Positions 9,301 to 17,100 of a DNA stretch of 24,997 nt are shown in pieces (the stretch's first letter is position 1; each line of letters opens with the position of its first letter). Below the pieces are notes generated by a model. The model was not told the DNA's origin. It did no database searches and saw nothing but the letters and a program-made list of their open reading frames with translations. This DNA is from Armatimonadota bacterium (GTDB lineage: Bacteria; Armatimonadota; Hebobacteria; CAIYQO01): NCBI GenBank assembly GCA_038248345.1, contig JBBRXO010000031.1, forward strand, positions 1-24,997. Direction: 5' to 3'. The position numbers were made by a program, and so were the translations under genes.

Positions 9301-9698
9301 GGTTTACCGCGGCCATCGCTAACATCTGTATGGCTGGCGTCGATGAGGTGGTGACAACCATCGGCCCCGGACCAGTCGATCTTTTGGTGAAGGATTTTGC
9401 CGCGCATGCCGGACAGCCACTGTTGAATGTCTCGCTGACTGCATCGTTACCCAAACCAGTGGAAGCATTCGGCATCAAGGATGGCGATGGGGCAATCCTC
9501 TGGGTTATCAATATGACCAATAGACCGCAACAATGTGCGATCACCCTCCCAGTGGGGAATGAGGCAACAAGTGTGTGGCGGTTGAATATGATGACGATGA
9601 GCAGGCCCGATTTTAAGAACGAGGCTGTTCCTGTCGGATTAGCGATGACATTGACCCCATATGAGGTGTACAGGGTGACTATTGCCGGTAAGAAGTAA
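6318..9698 (+). CDS. Fusion protein: signal peptide, PQQ-like (BamB-type) beta-propeller, HEAT repeats, D-apionate lactonase (ApnL)-like C-terminal region
   Basis: 1126 aa, GGGAG SD. NWAGWRG...WRTPLPGEGSSSPIIWG and ATPVTDGQRVY mark the PQQ_2 family. HEAT repeats such as AAQALGRLRAVGALPTLL. C-terminal LYG...LTAGP...GELRY...VRD, MEDQRNFGDSSYKAY and RNQGLFGAAW match ApnL-family motifs as recalled. Confidence 0.75.
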   Translation: MLKTCAIAISGISRWFFVLCALLFAMSQVFAAIPGGGNWAGWRGDGSGVSLEAKLPLSWSTTTNVLWRTPLPGEGSSSPIIWGEQAFVIASSAGGTKRLILSLNIKDGTIRWQRELAATKAPQTDDKSGYAPATPVTDGQRVYAFFDSPGLVALDMEGNVLWTLPLGPFKTPYNITNSPILYKDTVIMVCDHNGDSFIIAVDKITGVERWRTPRKQGGHFATPLLINSQGKSQIIVDANTVKSYDADTGKELWSCAGLASSVSPSPIFDHGLVFATSGRNGPTMAIDPGGSGDVKETHLRMQLTTGGPYVISPLACPTFMIPGDDGNIRFVDDSGKIVYNLLLRSHFTASPVLGGAYVYWVAENGDTFIIDIHALTSATPVATIIGKNSLGEQCLASPAIASGCFFIRTVKSLYCLAGDGPTTASPTRTITETFAELKKRFDEHAEANGPDIPIRLSIIEDLGVLQDPQAIPFLKKVALEDPHWDVSEAAIKVLAQYNNDAAIPELLAMFVDWRPYLKVPAAQALGRLRAVGALPTLLKGMKDGDAQVRIACTEAVAQITLVDTVDSATTLPALLDRLGDNDGAVRAAGAQSLGILSKKAGIDRNLITIALVKAATSINPIVVTAANDSLKLLNFTPERIEEMINNLTLYGDAMRTTTVRDLTAGPIRMKYQDGELRYLYVGDKEIIRRVYFAVRDMQYDTIMPHFTQSTITQEKDSFTIQLEAICKSKTADYRWMGEIIGTADGKITFKVLGKPNSVFASPRIGICVLFGTPSLAGQDYTVIGNDSKKITGAFPKDVVPGVFISNFSTISYSTPDGIEVNCGITGHGFNMEDQRNFGDSSYKAYQTLAYKFYTDLTVGDEQGDMLTVSVRNAAAKPYIEIPIHITVGEQLETLKLPKISSTTKPDTSDSFVTINNSRDKFKDVKSIAWGLNPAAHMPDEDTFMENIPSIIDQVRTARTFLPTGTPIHIDPVNFDSPYLRLSRDSRNQGLFGAAWFTAAIANICMAGVDEVVTTIGPGPVDLLVKDFAAHAGQPLLNVSLTASLPKPVEAFGIKDGDGAILWVINMTNRPQQCAITLPVGNEATSVWRLNMMTMSRPDFKNEAVPVGLAMTLTPYEVYRVTIAGKK

Positions 9699-9888
9699 TA
9701 TCGCGATGGTGGATCAGTTGCCCACAATGAAAGCAATGTAAGTATTCGGAAAATCCCACCCACCCCCCTGCATAATTCGAACAGGGGGATTGAGGCCATG
9801 TTTCGCCGCCGTGAACAGGCCGATTCCGCCAGTACCCCGTCCAACGACTTCAGTATGTATGAGGATAAAAGACTGAAGACACACCGCC

Positions 9889-9962
9889 ATTGACTGACTG
9901 AAGAGAGTGGGATATTATGACTGTGGTAAACGTCATTTAGACGTGGTTTACCGAATAGAAAC
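9889..9962 (+). promoter_or_regulatory. 74-bp repeated leader element copy 2
   Basis: TTGACT (9890-9895), 17 bp, TATTAT (9913-9918); GGTAAAC (9925-9931)...GTTTACC (9946-9952). 68/74 identical to copy 1. Ends 12 bp before the ATG at 9975. Confidence 0.85.
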
Positions 9963-9974
9963 AGGGAAAATGGC

Positions 9975-11642
9975 ATGAAAAAAGTTTTAGCCTCTATATC
10001 GTTGACCAGTATTCTTCTTGTAGTGGCAGTAATGTTCCTGTCTGCACGTGTTTGCGCTGGCGATGCTGGCATGCTGTGGAACGACACCATCACCGTCGAT
10101 GGTCCCACTATCGGGGAGGCCACGGGTAAGCCACCTATCCCATCCACCTGCAGCCTGTGGTTGCCGGATGGAGTGAAGCGCGTTCGTGCGCTTTTCCTCT
10201 TTACTACCTACGGCTGCTGGGGTGATTTCGCTGCCGGCCCGCAGATCCGTGACCTGGCGCGTGACCTGCAATGCGGTGTCGTGCTGTCGGAGTTTTACCC
10301 GCTGGTAGACAAGGACGCCAAGGACGCAACGCAGATGCTGACCATCTTACAGACCCTCGCAGCGCGCAGTGGGCACCCCGAGGTCGCCAATGCGCCGCTG
10401 TTCGTCTTCAGCCACTCGAACTCGACGCCAGGCATGGCCAAGTTCGCCTCGCTGGCGCCGACGCGCATCGTTGGCTGGGTGGCAATGAAGTCGGCGTACG
10501 GCGAACAGTTCGCACAGCCCGAACTCTACCGCATCCCAGGTATGGTTGTGTCGGGCGAGGCCGACACCAGCTATTTCCAAAACCAGCTTGAGACCGTGCG
10601 CAAGCTGCGCCGCGAACACGGCGCGCTGATGCACATGCTGGTGGAGGCCGACGGGGGGCACTGGCCCGAGGGTGGGCTTACAGGTCCGACCTACCAGATC
10701 GTGATGGCCTTCCTGAAAAACGTATTCTACCTACGCGTACCCGCCGATAGCGACGCCACGTTGGCGCCGATCAAACTGAATGAGGTGGTCGAAGCCGACG
10801 GCTGGCTCGGCCAGAACGTCGTCGGCAAGCGCATCCCGGACGGTGGCCCCGGCAAATGGAAATGGGAGCAGCCGACCGACGTGAAACGCCTGCTGGAGAT
10901 TGCGCCATACGCCGATTTCCCCGGCGACGCCCGCAATGCCTCATGGCTGCCGAGTGCCGACTACGCGCGCAAATGGCAGGAGTACTGCCACACCGTTGCC
11001 GTGAAGGACTGGGCGAGTCTGCCCCCGGGCACGGTCGAAGTCAGGAACGCCAATCGCCGTCTGCCAGCGATCGATGGTCTGGATTCGACGCTACTCGCCT
11101 CGCAGGTGAAACGCCTGGCCGCAGGCAGTGACACTCAAGCGGTGATTGCGGAATTACGCCATCTCGCCGCCGCCAACGACAACCCGGATAAGTCCGCGGA
11201 GGCGACGCGCATCCTTGACGTGCTCGACCAGCTCGGCGCTGAACGGCTGGCCCAGGCCAAACGTCTGGAGGCTACCCATCCGCCCAGTGCATTCGCTGCG
11301 TATGTAGCCGTGGTTCACCGTTTCGATGGTTTCGCGGTTGCGAAAGCCGCACGCGAACGCGTGATTGCCAAGGATCTCCAACGCGAAGTGATGGCCTGGG
11401 CCGCGCTCGACCGCTTGATCCAGCTCGACGGCATTCTGGTCGCGGTCGCTGGCACCCAACCCCGAGCCGACGACGTACGTTTCGCCGGTGCCAACAAAGA
11501 AATCCTGAATGAGATCGACGGCGCCGGCAATGATCTGCTGCGTGAATTCGCGGACACCGTGGCGGCCAAAGCGGCGCGCGCAATGCTTACCCGCCTGGCC
11601 ATTCCCGTGCCGACGGAAAAAACCGAGAAAGCCGCGCTCTGA
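9975..11642 (+). CDS. Secreted alpha/beta-hydrolase-fold protein with C-terminal alpha-helical domain
   Basis: 555 aa. Signal peptide MKKVLASISL...VCA. Motifs LWLPDGVKRVRAL, SGHPEVANAPLFVFSHSNS (nucleophile elbow), SGEAD (acid) and GGHW (His). Confidence 0.75.
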   Translation: MKKVLASISLTSILLVVAVMFLSARVCAGDAGMLWNDTITVDGPTIGEATGKPPIPSTCSLWLPDGVKRVRALFLFTTYGCWGDFAAGPQIRDLARDLQCGVVLSEFYPLVDKDAKDATQMLTILQTLAARSGHPEVANAPLFVFSHSNSTPGMAKFASLAPTRIVGWVAMKSAYGEQFAQPELYRIPGMVVSGEADTSYFQNQLETVRKLRREHGALMHMLVEADGGHWPEGGLTGPTYQIVMAFLKNVFYLRVPADSDATLAPIKLNEVVEADGWLGQNVVGKRIPDGGPGKWKWEQPTDVKRLLEIAPYADFPGDARNASWLPSADYARKWQEYCHTVAVKDWASLPPGTVEVRNANRRLPAIDGLDSTLLASQVKRLAAGSDTQAVIAELRHLAAANDNPDKSAEATRILDVLDQLGAERLAQAKRLEATHPPSAFAAYVAVVHRFDGFAVAKAARERVIAKDLQREVMAWAALDRLIQLDGILVAVAGTQPRADDVRFAGANKEILNEIDGAGNDLLREFADTVAAKAARAMLTRLAIPVPTEKTEKAAL

Positions 11643-11701
11643 TCCGCTTCGCACATATCGACCAAATAAAGAACCACAGACGATAAAGGAAGGACGAACC
11701 T

Positions 11702-13684
11702 ATGACGACGACAACATGGCAACGCGCCAATACCGAGGATATCTCAATGATGCAAACACGAATCGGCCAGGCCACCCGCTGGGCGGTGATGATATTCCTT
11801 TGCAGTCTCTGCCTGCTGGCGCAGGCCTTTAACGCCGACGAATTTTGGCGCGAACCCACTAAATTACCCTTCAATGTCGTCGTGCTCGATAAGGGAGTGG
11901 ACGCCGGGGTGGTCTGGCAAGCGATGGTTTACACCAGTGAAATCCGCAATGGGGAGCCCATGCGTATCTTCGCTTACTACGCGCGCCCTACCGCAAAAGG
12001 CAGGTACCCCGGCGTCGTCGATATTCATGGCGGAGGCGGGGGTGCAAGCTTGGATAGCGCAAAGGCCTTTGCGAAAGCAGGCTATGCCTGTCTGTCATAT
12101 GATTGGAATACGAACCGGGACCCAATAATAGATTGGAAACCGGGAGCCCCATTGCCCGCACAAAAATATACGGTCTTTGGCAATATCCGCTACGATGATT
12201 ACGGCGGTTCATTCGTGCAACTCGGTGCGGATGGCAAAGATTCCGTATTATATCGCTCGGTGATCGCCGCGCGTCGCGCACTCACCTGGTTGAGCCAGCA
12301 GCGCGAAGTTGATGCGAAGAAGCTTGTCGTCGAGGGTCATTCCTGGGGTGGTTACACCACGCAGTTGGTCGCCGGTATCGATCCACGCGTGAAGGCGGCT
12401 GTCTCCTCCGCCGCGGCGGGCGCCTGGGCCGGCCGGTATCAGTTGGGGCTGGAAGGGCATGTGAAATCGCTCACTCCATGGGATTTCTTCCAGTGGTCAC
12501 GCCGCTATGACCCCGCCGCTTTCGCGGACCGCATGACCGCGCCTATCCTTATTCGCCTGGCAACAACGGACTTCTTCGGCTCTATCGATACGCTGGCGGA
12601 CTACTGGCCGACGATTCCCGGCAAAAAGAGCCTTGAACTGCTGCCCGCGAGCAATCATACCTTTGGCGATGTGGAGACGCGCGTTGCCTGGTTCGATCAT
12701 TGGTTGAAGAGCGGACCGGCGTTTCCGACCATCACTGCGGTAGAACTGACACCGGGAGATGCCGGTAAGTGGGTCGTGCGCGTCCAGGCAGATGGCCCGG
12801 CGGCCATGACGAAAGCGAGTGTCTCCTGGACAACCTCTCCCGGCCCGTGGAATGCTCGTGATTGGGGGCAGCTAGCCTTGAAGAAAAACGGCGCTGCCTG
12901 GGAGACGGAATTTTCACCGGTGAACGTCGGCGGGGCGTTGCGGGTCTTTGTCTCAGTGCGCGACGCGAATGGCCGGGTGGTCAGTTCGATGCCCATTATT
13001 CGCCCGCTGCCCAAGCCGACGGCACAACTGCCAACCTATCTCACGGAGAGCAATGTCGCGATTGTCCAATCCACGGCTTCCCCGATCACCACCCCGACGG
13101 AATGGAAGCGTGCGCGTCCGGTCGGGCCAATGGCCAATGGGCCGGCAGTGCTGGGCAACAAAAGCGCGGATATGAACGTGCTGTGGGATGCGGAAGCGCT
13201 TTACCTGCGTTTGCGGGTGGATGATCCTTCCCCATGGGCGCTTCGCCCGGCAAGCGCGAATAACTGGTGGGATGCCGATTCAATTCAACTCAGGCTGCGA
13301 ACCGATGAGAAGGCAAAAGAGAAGTCGGATCCCGCCGCGCAGATCATCCACCTGGGCTGGTATCCCGATGCCACCGCGCCCGGAGGGGTGCGCGTCGATG
13401 CCGTGCGTGGCGCGGACTTTAAAGGCACTGTCGATGATGTCTCCCCGGTGACGACAACCGTCGAGGTGCAGGACGGCGCCGGCTATACGCTGATCACGCG
13501 TGTTCCCTGGGAATTCATTGACCCCGCGTTTAATCCGCGCGCCGGGCGCGTACTGCGCTTTGGGTTGCTAGTCAATTATGGCGATTACCTGATCAGTGAA
13601 CGCAGCGGTGGTATCAATTTCAATAATGGCGACGCGTTCAACAGTCCCGATGCCTGGGGCAAAGCCACGCTGACAAACGAGTAG
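11702..13684 (+). CDS. Secreted acetyl-xylan-esterase/dienelactone-hydrolase-like alpha/beta hydrolase with C-terminal CBM9-like sugar-binding domain (start may be 11747)
   Basis: 660 aa. IFAYYARP...PGVVDIHGGG, GHSWGG, ATTDFF, NHTF catalytic motifs. C-terminal WDAEALYLRLRVDD...WDADSIQL...YTLITRVPW...WG pattern of CBM9-like domains. Confidence 0.8.
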   Translation: MTTTTWQRANTEDISMMQTRIGQATRWAVMIFLCSLCLLAQAFNADEFWREPTKLPFNVVVLDKGVDAGVVWQAMVYTSEIRNGEPMRIFAYYARPTAKGRYPGVVDIHGGGGGASLDSAKAFAKAGYACLSYDWNTNRDPIIDWKPGAPLPAQKYTVFGNIRYDDYGGSFVQLGADGKDSVLYRSVIAARRALTWLSQQREVDAKKLVVEGHSWGGYTTQLVAGIDPRVKAAVSSAAAGAWAGRYQLGLEGHVKSLTPWDFFQWSRRYDPAAFADRMTAPILIRLATTDFFGSIDTLADYWPTIPGKKSLELLPASNHTFGDVETRVAWFDHWLKSGPAFPTITAVELTPGDAGKWVVRVQADGPAAMTKASVSWTTSPGPWNARDWGQLALKKNGAAWETEFSPVNVGGALRVFVSVRDANGRVVSSMPIIRPLPKPTAQLPTYLTESNVAIVQSTASPITTPTEWKRARPVGPMANGPAVLGNKSADMNVLWDAEALYLRLRVDDPSPWALRPASANNWWDADSIQLRLRTDEKAKEKSDPAAQIIHLGWYPDATAPGGVRVDAVRGADFKGTVDDVSPVTTTVEVQDGAGYTLITRVPWEFIDPAFNPRAGRVLRFGLLVNYGDYLISERSGGINFNNGDAFNSPDAWGKATLTNE

Positions 13685-13707
13685 CGGAAGAGAAGTCTGT
13701 ATTCAAT

Positions 13708-13748
13708 AAAAAAGGGTCCGCGCCGTACCGCGCGGCCCCTTTTCTTTT
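13708..13748 (+). terminator. Rho-independent terminator (possibly bidirectional)
   Basis: AAAAAAGGGTCCGCGC-cgtacc-GCGCGGCCCCTTTTCTTTT directly after the stop codon. Confidence 0.8.
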
Positions 13749-13755
13749 ACGAAAT

Positions 13756-13892
13756 AGTTCCAAGTTCCAAGTTCCAAGGCTGATTTAGAGTGTTTAAGCC
13801 CCACAGCCTCATTCCCCGCCCTTAAGGACGGGGCTATCGTAATACGCCCCGGTACTTATACCGGGTGTCACTTATATTCGAATTTCCAAGTT
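13756..13892. repeat. AGTTCCA x3 tandem repeat plus two REP-like palindromes
   Basis: (AGTTCCA)3 at 13756-13776; CCCCGCCCTTAAGGACGGGG at 13814-13833; CCCGGTA-ctta-TACCGGG at 13848-13865; TTCCAAGTT again at 13884-13892. Confidence 0.55.
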
Positions 13893-13916
13893 TAAAAAGG
13901 CCTAAAATGCCACGCT

Positions 13917-13990
13917 ATTGATTGACTGAAGAGAATGGGATATTATGACTGCGGTAAACGTCATTTAGACGGGGTTTACGGAATAGATAC
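13917..13990 (+). promoter_or_regulatory. 74-bp repeated leader element copy 3
   Basis: TTGATT (13918-13923), 17 bp, TATTAT (13941-13946); GGTAAAC (13953-13959)...GTTTACG (13974-13980). 68/74 identical to copy 2. Confidence 0.85.
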
Positions 13991-14027
13991 CCGCAACTTT
14001 TCCTGACCGCGGGTGTAAGTAGTATAG

Positions 14028-14047
14028 ATTGCGGACCGGTCCGCAAT
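14028..14047. promoter_or_regulatory. Perfect 20-bp palindrome, candidate LacI-family operator
   Basis: ATTGCGGACCGGTCCGCAAT is its own reverse complement, has a central CG, and lies in the 5' leader. Confidence 0.5.
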
Positions 14048-14132
14048 TCGGCGTGTCATAAACCGTGACGTGCTGTCTCGCAAGCACCGGGCTGGCAATA
14101 CTGCCAGAAGAACAGAACGGAGGATAGGGATT

Positions 14133-17100
14133 ATGGGATCACATCATGCGAATGCGATGCTGCATCTGATCATCGCTTGTATACTACTGGTCGGGCTTGG
14201 GTTGCCGAGTTACGCGAACGACAATGGGCGCGGGCGTCACAAGCAGCTCTACGCTGTGCCGACGCCGGGAAAAGTCGTCATTGACGGCAAGCTGAATGAC
14301 TGGGAACTCTCTGGCCAGATCGAGATGTTTGTGATCGAGGCCACGCGCGGCACGATGAATGCGAAGTTCGCCGTAATGTATGACGCCGACGCGCTCTACC
14401 TCGGCGCGGATGTTAATGACCCCAGTCCGATGATGAATATGCGCGATCCGCGTACCGATCCGGGGCAGGGGTGGAACGCCGATTCCTGCCAGTTCCGTCT
14501 ATCTACTGATCCTAAAGTGGGCTATCCGATCCTCGATGAAAGCACCTTTAAATACGGTGCCACCAACGCGCCCAAAGATACGCGCGACGACATTGTGCAC
14601 CTGACGCTGTGGAACTACACTGAGACCGGCGAATCGCAACTGGCTATGTCACTCGGCATGACTTACCGCGAGCCAGCCAACGCCCCACGCACGCTCGTGC
14701 CGCAGGATCAATTCCAGGCGAAATACCTTAAACGCGCCGATGGCACCGGCTACACCTTTGAGTACCGAATCCCGTGGACGACGTTGAACGCCAAAGCACC
14801 GTTGAAAGGCGATGATGTCGTGGCCGGCACGGTACAGTTCAACTACTCGCGGCCCGACGGGCAAATGACCGCCGGTGGCGCGGCTTGGGCTTATGACCTC
14901 CAGCGCGAGGCCGGCTTCCCGTTCCAGAGCACGAATTGCTGGGGTAAGCTGATTTTCTCTCCGACAGGCAAGGTCGACTCAAAATTAGTGCTGGCCGGCG
15001 TCCCACCCGATCGCCCACTCCCGCTGACGTTCAATTACACCCTCCCCGAGGACACCGAATGCACGGTCCAGCTCTTCAACGAGAAGAACGAGAACGTGCG
15101 AATGCTGGTGCCGCAGCAGGTGCGCATGGGGGGCAAAAATTCCGAGCGCTGGGACGGGTGCGACGACAACGGCAATCTGCTTTCCGCCGGCACCTACACC
15201 TGGCGTGGCATCTATCATGCGCCCATCAAGGCTGAATATCGCTTCTCCGTGCACAACTCAGGTAATCCACCCTATCCCACCGCTGACGGCAAAGGTGGCT
15301 GGGGCGCCGACCACGGAAATCCACAAGCAGCGGTCGCCTTCGATGATGGCGTGCTGCTGGCATGGAACGCCAGCGAATACGGCTGGGGTATCATCCGCAC
15401 CGACTTCACCGGACAGAAGCAATGGGGCTGCAACTACGACGCGACCCATATAACTACCGACGGCACGACGGTCTTCTCCGCCGGAGGTGGCGGTTTCACC
15501 CGCAGCAACACCATTCAGTTGATGACCTTGAAAGAATCTCGCCCCATTCAGATCAACGGCAAGGATAATATCGCGGCGCCAGCAGGCGGCGACGAGAAGA
15601 CCAATGGTGTGACTGGTCTCGCTTGCGACGGGAAGGAGTTGTTCGTCAGTTATCAAGTGCGTAACCTCATTGCCCGCTTCAATCCGAAAGATGGCGCGCT
15701 TCTCGGCACCTGGAACGTTCCCACGCCCGAGCGCCTGGCAGTGCTGGCGGATGGGCGGCTGGCGGTTATCAGCGCCGGTAAAGCGCTGTTGCTCAAGGAT
15801 GGCAAGGTCGATGTAACTATCGGCGAGACGCTGGATGATCCCCAATCGGTTGCAGTCTTCGACGGCCAACTCTTCGTGGCCAATCGCGGCGCACTCATGA
15901 ACGTCTCGGTATTCGACCTGGGCGGCAAGTACCTGCGCAGCATCGGAAAGTTGGGCGGTCGCCCGGCGATCGGCCGTTACGACACGCAGGGCATCTATAT
16001 GCCCGGTGGTATCACAATAGATAAAACCGGACAGCTCTGGGTAGCAGAAACCACGGATTCACCAAAGCGCTTCAGTGTGTGGAATGCAAAAAATGGCGAG
16101 TTCAAAAAAGAGTTCTTCGGCGGCAGCGACTACTTCGCCTATGGTTACATCGACCCGGCAAGAACAGACGAAATCCTGGTGCACAACGCCCTCTGGAAGG
16201 TCGATTGGAAGAACTACCAGGTGACGCCGGAGACTACGGTCTGGCGCAAAACGTCGCCAGAAATGATCCCCGCACTCGGCGTCGGTTCGTACTCGGCGAG
16301 TCCGAAGATCATCACCGCGGATAACGGGCGCCAGTATATGTATGGGAATAATTACGCCCATTTCTCCGGGGTGTTCTATCGTGACGGCGATTTGTTCAAG
16401 CCGATCATGAGCAAAATTTTCGTTGGCTACGACTACATCGGTCCAGCTGGCATCCCCTTCATGGATAACGATCGCGCAAAGTATCCAACTGGGCAGTATT
16501 TCTGGCAGGATCAGAACGGCGATTGCTGTGTGCAGCCGGGTGAAGTGACGTCGCTCAAGGGCACGCCATTCGAGAACTTTGACGTGTCCTGGGTATTCTC
16601 TGACCTGACGGTGTTAGCTTGCGGGCGATTGTTGAAGCCGGTCAGCATGGAGAACGGCATCCCCAAGTATGATCTGGCCAAGTCGGAGAAATACCCGGTC
16701 CCGGTGGGCTACACTGCGGTGCCGTCCGAGGACGGCGGCATCTTCACCTATACGCCAGCGAAAGGGCCATCCCTGGTTCGCTACGATAAGGACGGCAAGA
16801 TGCTGTGGAGTTACAATGACATCACCAACTGGCAAAGCGCACTGAACATGGGTGTGACCGGCCCCGGCAAGCTGTGGGGCATGACGCAGTGCATGGGCAA
16901 GGGCGGTGACTTCCTCGCCTTCCAAAGCTACTTCGGTCCCAACCACCTCTTCCGCACGGATGGTATCTACGTCGGCGCGCTCCTGAAGGACGGACGGCTG
17001 CTGCTCAATCGCGGCGCGGACGAGGGACAGCCGGAAGGCCAGGGTGGCTATTTCGGCAAACTGAAAGTCGCTCCCGGTCAGCCGGAGCGCTACTTTGCCA

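Noticed and set aside
9173..10147. 324-aa minus-strand ORF sharing the peptide LFGKPxLNDVYHSHNxPLSSVSQ with the 6218-6697 minus ORF
   Set aside because: The shared peptide is only the antisense translation of the 74-bp DNA repeat, and both ORFs overlap well-supported + strand genes.
6220..13990. 74-bp repeats as a CRISPR array or integron attC sites
   Set aside because: They are about 3.7-4.0 kb apart with no cas genes, lack RYYYAAC/GTTRRRY ends, sit 5' of genes, contain a promoter, and no integrase is visible.
14070..14132. GTG start at 14070 for paralog A
   Set aside because: The SD-like GGAGG/AGGG and the signal peptide position favour ATG 14133 or a slightly later ATG.
15020..15220. Flagellar hook-capping gene flgD
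   Set aside because: Only the small Ig-like domain is present inside a large secreted protein, and there are no flagellar genes nearby.
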